A stretch of 50,918 nucleotides of DNA from Myxococcota bacterium (GTDB taxonomy: Bacteria > Myxococcota > XYA12-FULL-58-9 > JABJBS01). The notes beneath the pieces were generated by a model. The model worked only from the letters and a program-made list of their open reading frames with translations. It ran no database searches and was not told the DNA's origin. Of this stretch, positions 1-8,932 are shown piece by piece (the stretch's first letter is position 1; every line of letters starts with the position of its first letter). The DNA lies in assembly GCA_036339465.1 (NCBI GenBank), contig JAYZAY010000042.1, positions 1-50,918 on the forward strand, written 5' to 3'. The translations under genes were made by a program, and so were the position numbers.

Positions 1-82
1 GAGGCTATTGCCACGAGTTGTCTCTCGGAAATAGACGGAGGTTGGTTTGATTCACTTAATCTTTTCTGGCTGATGCCTGCCA

Positions 83-140
83 GTCTTGGTGAGTCGTCTT
101 GGTGAGTCGTCTTGGTGAGTCGTCTTGGTGAGTCGTCTTG
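83..140. repeat. 13-bp tandem repeat (GTCTTGGTGAGTC) x4 plus partial copy
   Basis: Exact copies at 83, 96, 109 and 122, and a partial GTCTTG at 135-140, immediately beyond the msrA stop codon. Confidence 0.95.
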
Positions 141-141
141 C

Positions 142-783
142 CTAGGCTTTGATTCCGACCGGATAGCGAATGCCTGTTCCACCAAGCCCACAATAGCCAT
201 CGGGGTTTTTGGCGAGGTATTGCTGGTGGTAATCTTCTGCGAAATAGAAATTCGTGGCCGCGATAATCTCGGTGCTAATTTCGCCATAGCCAGCGCGCAT
301 AATCTTACTTTGGTAGGCTTGCCGTGATGTGTTGGCCAGTTCTTTTTGGGCTTGGCTGTAATAATAAATCCCGGAACGATACTGGGTGCCAATGTCGTTT
401 CCTTGGCGCATTCCTTGGGTGGGGTCATGATTTTCCCAAAATAATTTGAGGATAGCTTCGTAGCTTATTTCGGTTGGATCGAAAACCACGCGAACAACTT
501 CATTGTGCCCCGTTTCGCCAGAGCAAACTTCACGGTAGGTCGGATTTTTTGTGTATCCGGCCGAATATCCGACTGCGGTCGAGTAAATGCGGTCAGTTTG
601 CCAAAATTTTTTCTCGGCTCCCCAAAAGCAGCCCATGCCAAAGAGCGCCAATTCTTTATCCTCGAAAGGGCCTTGCATTGGATTTTGATTGACGAAATGG
701 TTGTCTGGCACTGGGACAGGGGTGTCTCTCCCCGCGAGGGCTTCATCGGGGCTGGGCATTTGAGTTTTATCAGGGCCAAACAT
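142..783 (-). CDS. msrA: Peptide-methionine (S)-S-oxide reductase MsrA
   Basis: GMGCFWGAE active-site motif, [29 protein letters not shown]-terminal GYCGLGG; AGGAG RBS upstream. Confidence 0.97.
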   Translation of the reverse strand: MFGPDKTQMPSPDEALAGRDTPVPVPDNHFVNQNPMQGPFEDKELALFGMGCFWGAEKKFWQTDRIYSTAVGYSAGYTKNPTYREVCSGETGHNEVVRVVFDPTEISYEAILKLFWENHDPTQGMRQGNDIGTQYRSGIYYYSQAQKELANTSRQAYQSKIMRAGYGEISTEIIAATNFYFAEDYHQQYLAKNPDGYCGLGGTGIRYPVGIKA

Positions 784-1146
784 GGGTTCTCCTAGTTGCA
801 GAAGCGAATTTGGTCTCTCTTTAAGATCCTTGCGAGAATTGGTCTAGGCTTTGGTAAATATTCATTTCGCACAAACGTGGTCTCTGTGCGAAAACATGTC
901 GCGGCGAAGTGGCGCCGATGTTTTTGGAAACCGGAATAGACAAAATGGTTTCATATGCACCGATGCAAACTTTGCTTTATCAAGGTGGCTCCATGCATGG
1001 GGCGGAGGCCAATCACTTTGAATCCCTGTCCGAGGTTAAAGGGATCTTGAGCGTTACGTTCATGGAATGAGATAGCCAAGGGGGCTGGTGTCTCTCTTGG
1101 TGGCTGGCTTGTTACCGCTATAGGTTGATAGGCATTTGGGCCCAAC

Positions 1147-1911
1147 CTAGTAGTCAGAAATCTTTTGATTATCCACCATGACCACTTTTTTCACGAAAAG
1201 TCTTAAAAGGCTGACTGCGTGGTCTTTTCCTGGTTCGAATCTGTGGGCGCCTTTGTCTTCGGTCTCATCTTTTGTGGGTAGGAGTTTGCCTTTGTAGGCG
1301 AAATATCGTTCGAGGGCTTCTTGGGACGTAAGGTCTGGATGAAATTGAACGCTGTAAAACCGCTTTCTATCCACTTTGAACGCTTGGGTTTTCACGAGGC
1401 TGTTTTGGGCCATAAGGGTAACGCCTTGCGGGAGTTTCGTCACGTGGTCGCTGTGGCCAGTTTGTGCGGAAAACACTTTGGGAAGCTCCTGGAACATGGG
1501 ATCAGTTTCGCCGTTTGCGGTTAGTTCAAGTTGCACTGTGCCCACTTCGGTGCGGGCCTCGTCGGTTGCTATGGTTGACCCGAGGACTTGTCCGAGTAAT
1601 TGGTGTCCAAAACAGATCCCGAATGCGGGGATATTCCTGCTTAGAATAGCCTCTAGGAAACGACGCATTGGTGTGACCCACGACTGGTTTTTAGAGTCGT
1701 GCACGCTGAAGTCACCAGCCCCACCGATGATGACCCCGTCGTAGTCATCCAAAAGATGGGATGTAGGGGGGCTGAGAAGGGTATTATGCACATCGAGGCC
1801 AACATCCTCTCCCAGTTTTCTTCGGACGCAGCTGATTTCATGGAACGACATTGGATCAGAGGAGTCGCGAGATTGTAGGATAATGAGCTTTACCGACTCT
1901 GCATTATTCAT
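1147..1911 (-). CDS. Type 1 glutamine amidotransferase (GMP-synthase-like, stand-alone)
   Basis: GVIIGG, nucleophile elbow GICFGHQ, HSDHV, QFHPD. Confidence 0.88.
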   Translation of the reverse strand: MNNAESVKLIILQSRDSSDPMSFHEISCVRRKLGEDVGLDVHNTLLSPPTSHLLDDYDGVIIGGAGDFSVHDSKNQSWVTPMRRFLEAILSRNIPAFGICFGHQLLGQVLGSTIATDEARTEVGTVQLELTANGETDPMFQELPKVFSAQTGHSDHVTKLPQGVTLMAQNSLVKTQAFKVDRKRFYSVQFHPDLTSQEALERYFAYKGKLLPTKDETEDKGAHRFEPGKDHAVSLLRLFVKKVVMVDNQKISDY

Positions 1912-2159
1912 TTTGGTCCTCTTTCTTCCATCTCTTATCCCCTCTCATGATGGCAGAGAAAACATCAGTATCTTGATAGGTTAACGGAAATAGCCTCCAG
2001 ACCGAAATAAATCTTCTATTGTCGCCAACAAGGTAGATTGCGAGGGCTCTGCGAGGGCGAGAATTCTACACTTCCGAAGTAAGTTTTCCATACATCACAT
2101 ATTCTTAAAAGTTGAGGTATTTTATTCGCAGGATGATTCTCTCCTGGATTTTTATATTT

Positions 2160-2180
2160 ATATGTGACTAAATCACTTAT
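2160..2180. promoter_or_regulatory. Candidate operator upstream of the sulfate-assimilation operon
   Basis: Imperfect palindrome ATATGTGA-CTAAA-TCACTTAT in an AT-rich stretch about 40 nt before the TauE start. Confidence 0.35.
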
Positions 2181-2220
2181 GTTAGGAGGCAGTGCGTCGA
2201 TCACTGAGGAAGGCAAGGAA

Positions 2221-3003
2221 ATGGCAGTAGAATTGATGGAAATATCCGTTGGGTTCGGTGTAGGCACATTGGTTGGCGCCTTGGGTATTGGTGGGGGTGC
2301 GCTCCTGATGCCATTTCTCTTGTTAGGTTTTGGACTTACCCCGTTGGTTGCCGTGGGTACGGACCTGGCATTTGCGGGAGTGGTGAAGAGTTTCGGTGTT
2401 TATTGGCACAGCAAATCTGATTCAGTCGATTGGAAGTGGGTGCGGGCCTTAGTGATGGGAAGTTTGCCCGGGGTTACTTTGAGCACGGTTTTGACCGGTA
2501 TTTTGGGTGCCAGGTTTCCGGAAGCCATGAACCAATTTGTGGCAGGGGCGACGGGAGTGGTGATTGCCGCACTCGCAGTTTTTTCGTTGTGGCGCACTTT
2601 TCGAGGCCCCCTTCGCAATGGACCATCACTTGGTGTTTTACCGCAAAGTGTTCTGACCCATGTGATTGGGTTTGGGGTTGGAATCTTGGTGGGATTGACA
2701 TCGATTGGTAGTGGTACGGTGATTGGCCTGTTTCTTTTGGCCAGTACAGGTCTTTCGGCGAGGCGTGTGGTGGGCACCGACCTTGCACATAGTCTCATTT
2801 TGGTTCTTTTGAGCGCCGTTCTTCATGGCTTTTATGGTCATATTGCCTGGGGTACTTGGTTTGGGCTGATTCTCGGGGGGATACCGGGTGTGTGGCTGGG
2901 TGTGCAATTTGCAACAAGTTTTCCGGATCGGGTGATCCGTGTGGGTATATCGGTGGCGTTAATTGTCAGTGGTGTCGCGCTTGTGAACCACATCCCTTCG
3001 TGA
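2221..3003 (+). CDS. TauE/SafE family (TSUP) sulfur-anion transporter
   Basis: Duplicated motifs GALGIGGGALL...AVGTDLA and GLTSIGSG...VVGTDLAH; multiple TM segments; ATG at 2221 follows AAGGAA. Confidence 0.92.
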   Translation: MAVELMEISVGFGVGTLVGALGIGGGALLMPFLLLGFGLTPLVAVGTDLAFAGVVKSFGVYWHSKSDSVDWKWVRALVMGSLPGVTLSTVLTGILGARFPEAMNQFVAGATGVVIAALAVFSLWRTFRGPLRNGPSLGVLPQSVLTHVIGFGVGILVGLTSIGSGTVIGLFLLASTGLSARRVVGTDLAHSLILVLLSAVLHGFYGHIAWGTWFGLILGGIPGVWLGVQFATSFPDRVIRVGISVALIVSGVALVNHIPS

Positions 3004-3009
3004 GGTGTT

Positions 3010-3801
3010 ATGATGGCAGTTCGTTCAATATGGACAACACAATGTCAAACTCCCCCAAATGCGGGGGAAATCAATGAGCTTAATCAGGGCTTTGAGAAAT
3101 CATCGGCGGAGGAAATTCTAACATGGGCAACCACTGTATTTGCGCCTCGGATCACCTTTTCCACGGCCTTGGGAATCGAAGGTTGTGTGCTTGTGGATAT
3201 GATCGCGCGAGGGAATTTGGCCATTGATATCTTTACAGTGGATACGGGACTATTTTTTCCCGAAACTTACGCGCTGTGGGAGAAATTGGAGAAACAGTAT
3301 AAGTTGAAGATTGGCGCGGCTAGAAGCAATGTGTCCCTGGAGCGGCAAGCGGAATTACATGGCCCTCGTTTATATGACCGAGCCCCAAATCAATGCTGCC
3401 AATTACGTAAGATATTACCTTTGGAGAAGGAACTTAAGGGCTTCGATGCTTGGATAACTTCGCTGAGGCGAAGTCAAAGTAGGACGCGCGCCCATTCTCC
3501 CATTCTCGCTTACGATCGACGATATGAGATCTATAAATTGAATCCTTTGGCCAATTGGTCCGAAGAGTCAGTGACGGATTACATTAAAAGTCATGGTGTT
3601 CCATACAATGTTCTTCATGAACGAAATTATCCGAGCATCGGCTGTCAGCCATGTACCACTTCGGTTGCACCCGGCGAGGATTCCAGAGCAGGTCGTTGGC
3701 GTGGTGAAGCTAAGACGGAGTGTGGGATTCACTTCGACGAGACTGCGGGAGGATTTACTCGACCGCAAACTCTAAAGGGCACTAAGGCAGGCGTTAAATG
3801 A
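3010..3801 (+). CDS. cysH: Adenylyl-sulfate / phosphoadenylyl-sulfate reductase (4Fe-4S APS-reductase type)
   Basis: VDTGLFFPETY, CCQLRK and SIGCQPCT cluster ligands, RAGRW, KTECGIH. Confidence 0.95.
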   Translation: MMAVRSIWTTQCQTPPNAGEINELNQGFEKSSAEEILTWATTVFAPRITFSTALGIEGCVLVDMIARGNLAIDIFTVDTGLFFPETYALWEKLEKQYKLKIGAARSNVSLERQAELHGPRLYDRAPNQCCQLRKILPLEKELKGFDAWITSLRRSQSRTRAHSPILAYDRRYEIYKLNPLANWSEESVTDYIKSHGVPYNVLHERNYPSIGCQPCTTSVAPGEDSRAGRWRGEAKTECGIHFDETAGGFTRPQTLKGTKAGVK

Positions 3802-3872
3802 TGAATGGTTTTGTTTCGTTGGTAACACCGATGTGGTTTCCGTGGGTCAAAGGAGATGAATATGACGAGTAA
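3798..3872 (+). pseudogene. Possible remnant of a uroporphyrinogen-III C-methyltransferase (cobA/cysG) gene
   Basis: 24-codon ORF with ATGA overlap on the cysH stop; reads MMNGFVSLV..., matching the usual SUMT N-terminus (GxVxLVGAGPGD) and breaking off exactly before GAGPG. Confidence 0.4.
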
Positions 3873-6117
3873 GAAATCATGGAAAATGCGTTTGAACGAA
3901 AAGATACCTGAAGATTGGGGTGAAGACATTGATGTTTTTGAACGTCAAATGGTTCTCCGAAAAGAAGGGAAGCTTTCTGAAAAAGTTTTCGCCGAAACCC
4001 GTCTCAGAAAAGGGGTTTACGGTCAGCGGTTTGACAATGGCAAACGACACGATGGGATACGCACCCAGAACTTCAATTTTCCGAATCAGGATTTGATGAA
4101 GGGCCCAAATACCTATTGGGATGCCCCAGGAATGATTCGCTTGAAAATTCCGTATGGGGCCATGACTGTGGAGCAGTTGGAAGTTCTGGCTGATCTTTCG
4201 GAAGAGTATTCTGATGGCATTACCCACATTACAACTCGGCAGGATATTCAATTCCATTTTCTTCACATCGATGATGCGCCAGACCTTATGAGAAGGTTGG
4301 CGGCGGTTGGGATTACCACGAAAGAAGCATGTGGAAACGTGGTTCGAAATACGACGGCATGTCCTTTTGCCGGTGTTTGTCGGGGCGAAGCTTTCGACGT
4401 GACTCCATACGCCCATGGGTTGTCGTTTTTTCTAATGGGGCATCCTGATACACAAGATTTTGGACGTAAGGTTAAGATTGCGTTCTCTGGTTGTACGACA
4501 AATCCCTGTGGGCTCACATCGTTTCATGACATTGGGGCGATTGCGAAAACACGTAGGAATGATGATGGCACAATGGAACGCGGCTTTGAATTGTATGTGG
4601 GCGGAGGATTGGGGTCTGTTCCCAGTAAGGCCAAGCTTTTCGACGAATTTCTTCCAGAAGGCGAGCTACTTCCGATAAGTCAGGCTATTTGTCGAGTGTT
4701 TGGACAATTGGGAGAGAAAAACAACCGAACCCGGGCGCGCATGAAGTTTCTCGTCAACAGTTTAGGGATAGAAGAATTTAAGCGACTTGTCTTGGTGGAA
4801 CGAGAGAAGCTGAAAGAGGATAAAGAGTGGACTTCCTTTTTGGGTCATCTAGATTCCACCCAAATTGGTGCAACCCGGGAAGGAACTGAGTTAGACCGCC
4901 GCTTTCTGAATCCAGTTGTGCAGGAGTGGATCGACACGAATGTGAGAGCGCAACGCCAGGCAAATTATTCGACAGTCAATATTGCTTGTCCACTGGGTGA
5001 CTTATCTGCGTCGCAGATGAGAGGGTTGGCAGACTTGGCGAGAGATTACGTGGGTGACAATATCCGTGCAAGCGTCGAACAAAATCTGATTTTACGATGG
5101 GTGTCTGATGGAGACCTGCCCGACATACATGCCCGATTGGTGGCGCTTAAACTCGCGGATGCTGTGGCGGGCACCATTGTGGATATCACTTCATGCCCGG
5201 GTACCGATACTTGTAAACTCGGACATTCAGCATCGAGAGGTTTAGCTTCGGTCTTGCGGGAACAACTGGCAGTGGTCAATACCCAGTTAGATGAGGCAGT
5301 TAAAGAATTGCGCATCAAGGTGAGTGGTTGCTTCAACTCGTGTGGTCAACACCATGTGGCGGATATCGGGTTTTATGGTGTGGGTCGAAAAGTAAAAGGG
5401 TATATGGTTCCGCATTTTCAGGTGGTCGTGGGAGGAGAGTGGAAAAACAATGCCGGTTCTTTCGGTTTGGCCATTGGCGCTGTTCCCTCTAAAAACATTC
5501 CCAAGACGGTAGAGGTGATGACCTCTCATTTTGTTGAGGACCGTAAACCCGGTGAGTCCTTTAAGGCTTTGATAGGCCGGTTGGGCAAGTCGGAAGTGAA
5601 GCAATGGTTGAAGGAGCTTCAAAAAGTCCCAGCCCATGCAGAAGATCCCAGTTTCTACAGCGACTGGGGGGATCCTCGTGAGTATACCACCGGGGATCTT
5701 GGTGTGGGGGAGTGCGCGGGTGAGGTGGTTTCCTTTACTGAGTTTGGTTTGAGTGACAGTGAGCGGGAAGTTTTTGATGCACAACTACTTTTAGAGAGTG
5801 GCGAGATTAGCAAAGCTTCTTCGGCGGCTCTTGAGGCGATGCTCACGGCCGCTAGAGCTTTGGTTCGTATTGAATACCCGGATGTCGGAGATGCTCCTGT
5901 GGAGGTCATGGGAGAATTTCGAAGTCGGTATCACGAAACGCGAAAATTTCATGACCCCTATGCGGGTGCCAAATTTGTAAATTTTCTTTTTCGACAATTC
6001 GAGGATGAAGATTTTAGCGAAGATTTCGAAACGGCCCAGCACCGTATCGAAGAGGCTCAGCTTTTTATTGAAGCGGCCTACAGTTGTTATGCGAGATTGG
6101 GCGCAGGAGCGCAGTAG
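3856..6117 (+). CDS. Siroheme nitrite/sulfite reductase (probably assimilatory sulfite reductase) with C-terminal HEPN-like extension
   Basis: HITTRQDIQ, CGNVVRN, RKVKIAFSGC, SCPGTDTC and SGCFNSCGQH 4Fe-4S/siroheme ligands; follows cysH; AAGGAG RBS. Confidence 0.92.
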   Translation: MNMTSKKSWKMRLNEKIPEDWGEDIDVFERQMVLRKEGKLSEKVFAETRLRKGVYGQRFDNGKRHDGIRTQNFNFPNQDLMKGPNTYWDAPGMIRLKIPYGAMTVEQLEVLADLSEEYSDGITHITTRQDIQFHFLHIDDAPDLMRRLAAVGITTKEACGNVVRNTTACPFAGVCRGEAFDVTPYAHGLSFFLMGHPDTQDFGRKVKIAFSGCTTNPCGLTSFHDIGAIAKTRRNDDGTMERGFELYVGGGLGSVPSKAKLFDEFLPEGELLPISQAICRVFGQLGEKNNRTRARMKFLVNSLGIEEFKRLVLVEREKLKEDKEWTSFLGHLDSTQIGATREGTELDRRFLNPVVQEWIDTNVRAQRQANYSTVNIACPLGDLSASQMRGLADLARDYVGDNIRASVEQNLILRWVSDGDLPDIHARLVALKLADAVAGTIVDITSCPGTDTCKLGHSASRGLASVLREQLAVVNTQLDEAVKELRIKVSGCFNSCGQHHVADIGFYGVGRKVKGYMVPHFQVVVGGEWKNNAGSFGLAIGAVPSKNIPKTVEVMTSHFVEDRKPGESFKALIGRLGKSEVKQWLKELQKVPAHAEDPSFYSDWGDPREYTTGDLGVGECAGEVVSFTEFGLSDSEREVFDAQLLLESGEISKASSAALEAMLTAARALVRIEYPDVGDAPVEVMGEFRSRYHETRKFHDPYAGAKFVNFLFRQFEDEDFSEDFETAQHRIEEAQLFIEAAYSCYARLGAGAQ

Positions 6118-6120
6118 GAG

Positions 6121-6747
6121 ATGGCGATGGGAATACTTGATATTCAACAATTTGGAGTCAAGCTCCCCCTTGTTGGAGGGAGCCTTACCAAGGAGAAACT
6201 GCGGGAAGTTATTCCGGTTTTCCATCAGTGGATCCGTGAACAAGGAAGAGACGTAGAGTTGCTCGATGTCGCTGATTATTCGCATGTTCAGGACGGACCG
6301 GGCGTACTTCTGGTGGGGCATGAGGCAAATTTCAGCGTTGATGGCACCGAGGGTGAGTGGGGAGTTTTGGTACAAGGTAAACGAGATCTGCCGTCGGACT
6401 TAGACCGCCGATTACATTCTATTCTCATGAATGGATTCCGGGCCGTTGAAGACTTGGAACAAGCTTTGGGCGAAGTTGAGGGTGATTTTCGTTTCTCTCG
6501 CAAACAACTGTCTTTTCGAGTCGTCAATCGATTGGTTACCAATGGGGCACCAAGTGCTTTGGCACCTCTTGTGGACTATTTGAATCGCGTGCTGAAGGGA
6601 ATATTCCCAGGTATCACTTTTCAAATGACTCAAAAGTTGGGAGATCCAAGGAGTGTTCTAACTTGGGTTGTGGTTGCGTCCTCTGAACTCGATTTTCGAG
6701 CTTTTTGCCCTGAAGTTGAAGGTGATAAGCGGGTTCCTCTCCACTAA
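6121..6747 (+). CDS. Uncharacterised protein coupled to the sulfite reductase
   Basis: 208-aa ORF 3 nt after the reductase stop, with AGGAG RBS; motif IPVFHQWI...LLDVADYSHVQDGPGVLLVGHEA. Confidence 0.8.
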   Translation: MAMGILDIQQFGVKLPLVGGSLTKEKLREVIPVFHQWIREQGRDVELLDVADYSHVQDGPGVLLVGHEANFSVDGTEGEWGVLVQGKRDLPSDLDRRLHSILMNGFRAVEDLEQALGEVEGDFRFSRKQLSFRVVNRLVTNGAPSALAPLVDYLNRVLKGIFPGITFQMTQKLGDPRSVLTWVVVASSELDFRAFCPEVEGDKRVPLH

Positions 6748-6862
6748 TTGCTGTTTATTCCTTAAAATTGAGGGCGCGAGAGCCCCTTCTTCTTGACCTA
6801 TGACTGATTTGTTCTAGATTAGGCGGGTTATTTTAACCCTAATTTGATGAGGCGGTCTGCGC

Positions 6863-7816
6863 GTGAGGTTTGTTGACTACTACGATGTTCTTGGTGTGGC
6901 TCGAAACGCTTCCCAAGCTGAAATCAAGAAAGCATTTAGGCGAGAATCACGAAAGGTTCACCCCGATGTGAATAGTGATCCTGGAGCAGAAGATAAATTC
7001 AAAGCGCTTAATGAGGCCTATGAAGTTTTAAAGGATCCCAAGGCCCGTAAGCAATACGATGTTATGGGGTCGAATTATCGGCATGGCCAAAATGTAAGTC
7101 CGCCGCCGGGTTGGCAGAATATCAACTTTGATTTCGGCGGTTTTGGCGGGGCGGCCCCCCAGGGTGGAGCGGCGGGTTCTGGCTCTTCCTTCAGTGATTT
7201 TTTTGAAGCCTTCTTTGGAGCGCGTGGGGGAGGTGGACGGACTGGATATGGCCCTGCTGGAGCAGTGGCGAGAGACGGCCAAGATACGGAAATGGAGTTT
7301 TGTGTATCTGTAGAAGATGCGTATCATTGCGTGACCAAAAAGGTGGTATTGGAGGCGGTTGGTTTGGTGGGGCGTTCGAAAAGTTACGACGTAAAATTGC
7401 CACCAGGCACGACCGTAGGCACAAGAATTCGTTTGCCCAAGGCAGGTGAAAAGGGACAAGCTGGGGGCAAAAACGGCGATCTCTTGTTAAATGTCGTGAT
7501 GGAGAAACATCCAAGGTTCGAGGTTCAGGTTTATGACCTTCTGGGCAAACTCCCCATTACACCTTGGGAGGCAGCTTTAGGGGCAAAGGTTTCCTATGAA
7601 ACTGTGGCAGGTACCATTCAATTAAATATCCCCGCGGGCTCGCAGTCAGGGCAGCATCTTCGTTTGAAGGAGAAGGGACTTCCCGACAGTAGCGGAGGTA
7701 GGGGCAGTCTTTTACTCGCTTTGGAGATTTTGGTTCCGCGGGAACTTTCAGCTCAGGAGCGGGTTGCCTTCGAAATGTTGGCGGATTGTTCCAATTTCGA
7801 CCCACGCTCTGTCTAG
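6863..7816 (+). CDS. cbpA: DnaJ class II co-chaperone (CbpA-like)
   Basis: J domain with HPD, G/F-rich linker, no Zn finger, C-terminal ITPWEAALG...[14 protein letters not shown]. Confidence 0.85.
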   Translation: MRFVDYYDVLGVARNASQAEIKKAFRRESRKVHPDVNSDPGAEDKFKALNEAYEVLKDPKARKQYDVMGSNYRHGQNVSPPPGWQNINFDFGGFGGAAPQGGAAGSGSSFSDFFEAFFGARGGGGRTGYGPAGAVARDGQDTEMEFCVSVEDAYHCVTKKVVLEAVGLVGRSKSYDVKLPPGTTVGTRIRLPKAGEKGQAGGKNGDLLLNVVMEKHPRFEVQVYDLLGKLPITPWEAALGAKVSYETVAGTIQLNIPAGSQSGQHLRLKEKGLPDSSGGRGSLLLALEILVPRELSAQERVAFEMLADCSNFDPRSV

Positions 7817-7911
7817 GGTGATGGCTGGAATGAGAATGTTGGTGTTGAGAGCGCAGATAATAGAGCTCAATTTTATCAGGCCATATTTTCAGGTGTATTT
7901 TGAGGCGAGTC

Positions 7912-8373
7912 ATGCCTAAAGGATGTTGGGTCAGGGCCATCGATAATTTGGTGGATCTGAAAGTTGCGTTGGATATTCGATTTGAGGTTTTTGTCCATGA
8001 GCAGGATGTGCCTCGGGAAGAAGAGTTGGACCATTACGATGAAGTACCGACCTGCTTTGAACAAGCTCGGCATGTTTTGGCGTTTTATGGAGAGCAACCA
8101 GTGGCAACGGCCCGAATCATCCCAGACAAACCGGCGATCGGATGTGTTAAGATTGGTCGTGTAGCGGTCAAAAAGGATTTCCGGCGTTATGGGGTTGGCC
8201 GAGAAATGATGAAGTGGTGCCATAACTATCTAGAAATGAATGGGTTTGTTTCTTCGGGACTGGCATCTCAATTACAGGCAATCCCGTTTTATGAGAGCCT
8301 TGGTTATCAGGCATATGGTGAAATTTTTCTTGATGCCAATATTGAACATCGGTGGATGACGCTTAATCTTTGA
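7912..8373 (+). CDS. GNAT N-acetyltransferase (ElaA/YjcF-like)
   Basis: IRFEVFVHEQDVP, KIGRVAV..FRRYGVG, AIPFYESLGY, FLDANIEH. Confidence 0.9.
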   Translation: MPKGCWVRAIDNLVDLKVALDIRFEVFVHEQDVPREEELDHYDEVPTCFEQARHVLAFYGEQPVATARIIPDKPAIGCVKIGRVAVKKDFRRYGVGREMMKWCHNYLEMNGFVSSGLASQLQAIPFYESLGYQAYGEIFLDANIEHRWMTLNL

Positions 8374-8565
8374 GCTCATTGGCTTATTCTTATCCTGTTT
8401 TCGTGGATATTTATTGGCAAAGTAAGAATGATGGACAGTAACCAAGCTCTAAGGTACGGCTTGGCAATGTCGTTGGCCGCCTCCCTTCGCTAAGTTTAGT
8501 GGGGAAAGAAGGGCTGTGGAGTTCTTGACTGGCTACTGGAAAATCCAGAAAAATGGCCCGACCTT

Positions 8566-8587
8566 TCCCCTGGCGGGGGCTTTTTTT
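8566..8587 (+). terminator. Candidate intrinsic terminator
   Basis: TCCCC-TGGC-GGGGG hairpin followed by C and T7. Confidence 0.5.
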
Positions 8588-8774
8588 GCGCCGAGGAAGC
8601 TTTCCGAATTGTGGGGTCCTGGTTTTTGTGTCGAGGTGGTGGCGCTTAAATATTGGCAATGTTTGGCTCCCGTGGGAGCTGAAGATGGGGCAGTTATATT
8701 GACCGTGGTGGTTATGGGGTGGCGAGGTTATGATGACCAGAGATTACCGGCTCCATTTGGAAATACTTATCTAC

Positions 8775-8803
8775 TTGAAATCCGCAAAATTGCATTGTAT
8801 TTT
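8775..8803 (+). promoter_or_regulatory. Candidate promoter for htpG
   Basis: TTGAAA-N17-TATTTT about 130 nt before the ATG; the CTTGAAA -35 also resembles heat-shock sigma promoters. Confidence 0.4.
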
Positions 8804-8932
8804 CTGCTCAGGAAAAGCGTATGGGTAGCTATCTGTCTTGAGCGGTCGCTCATGATTGGCTGCCCATCGGATTTCTGCTCACCAAACAATTTGATCGATG
8901 ACTTTAAAGAGTGATGGATAGGGATCTTCGCA

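Noticed and set aside
83..140. CRISPR-like array
   Set aside because: Units are 13 bp and contiguous with no spacers; no cas genes in the window
8410..8470. c-di-GMP-I riboswitch (GGCAAA...CTAAG)
   Set aside because: No GNRA-capped stem after GGCAAA and no GACGCAAA element
8516..8914. 132-aa ORF upstream of htpG
   Set aside because: Runs through a terminator-like hairpin and the candidate promoter; no recognisable motif
8374..8932. CIRCE or HAIR heat-shock operator
   Set aside because: No TTAGCACTC-N9-GAGTGCTAA or CTTGAGT-N7-ACTCAAG found before htpG or cbpA
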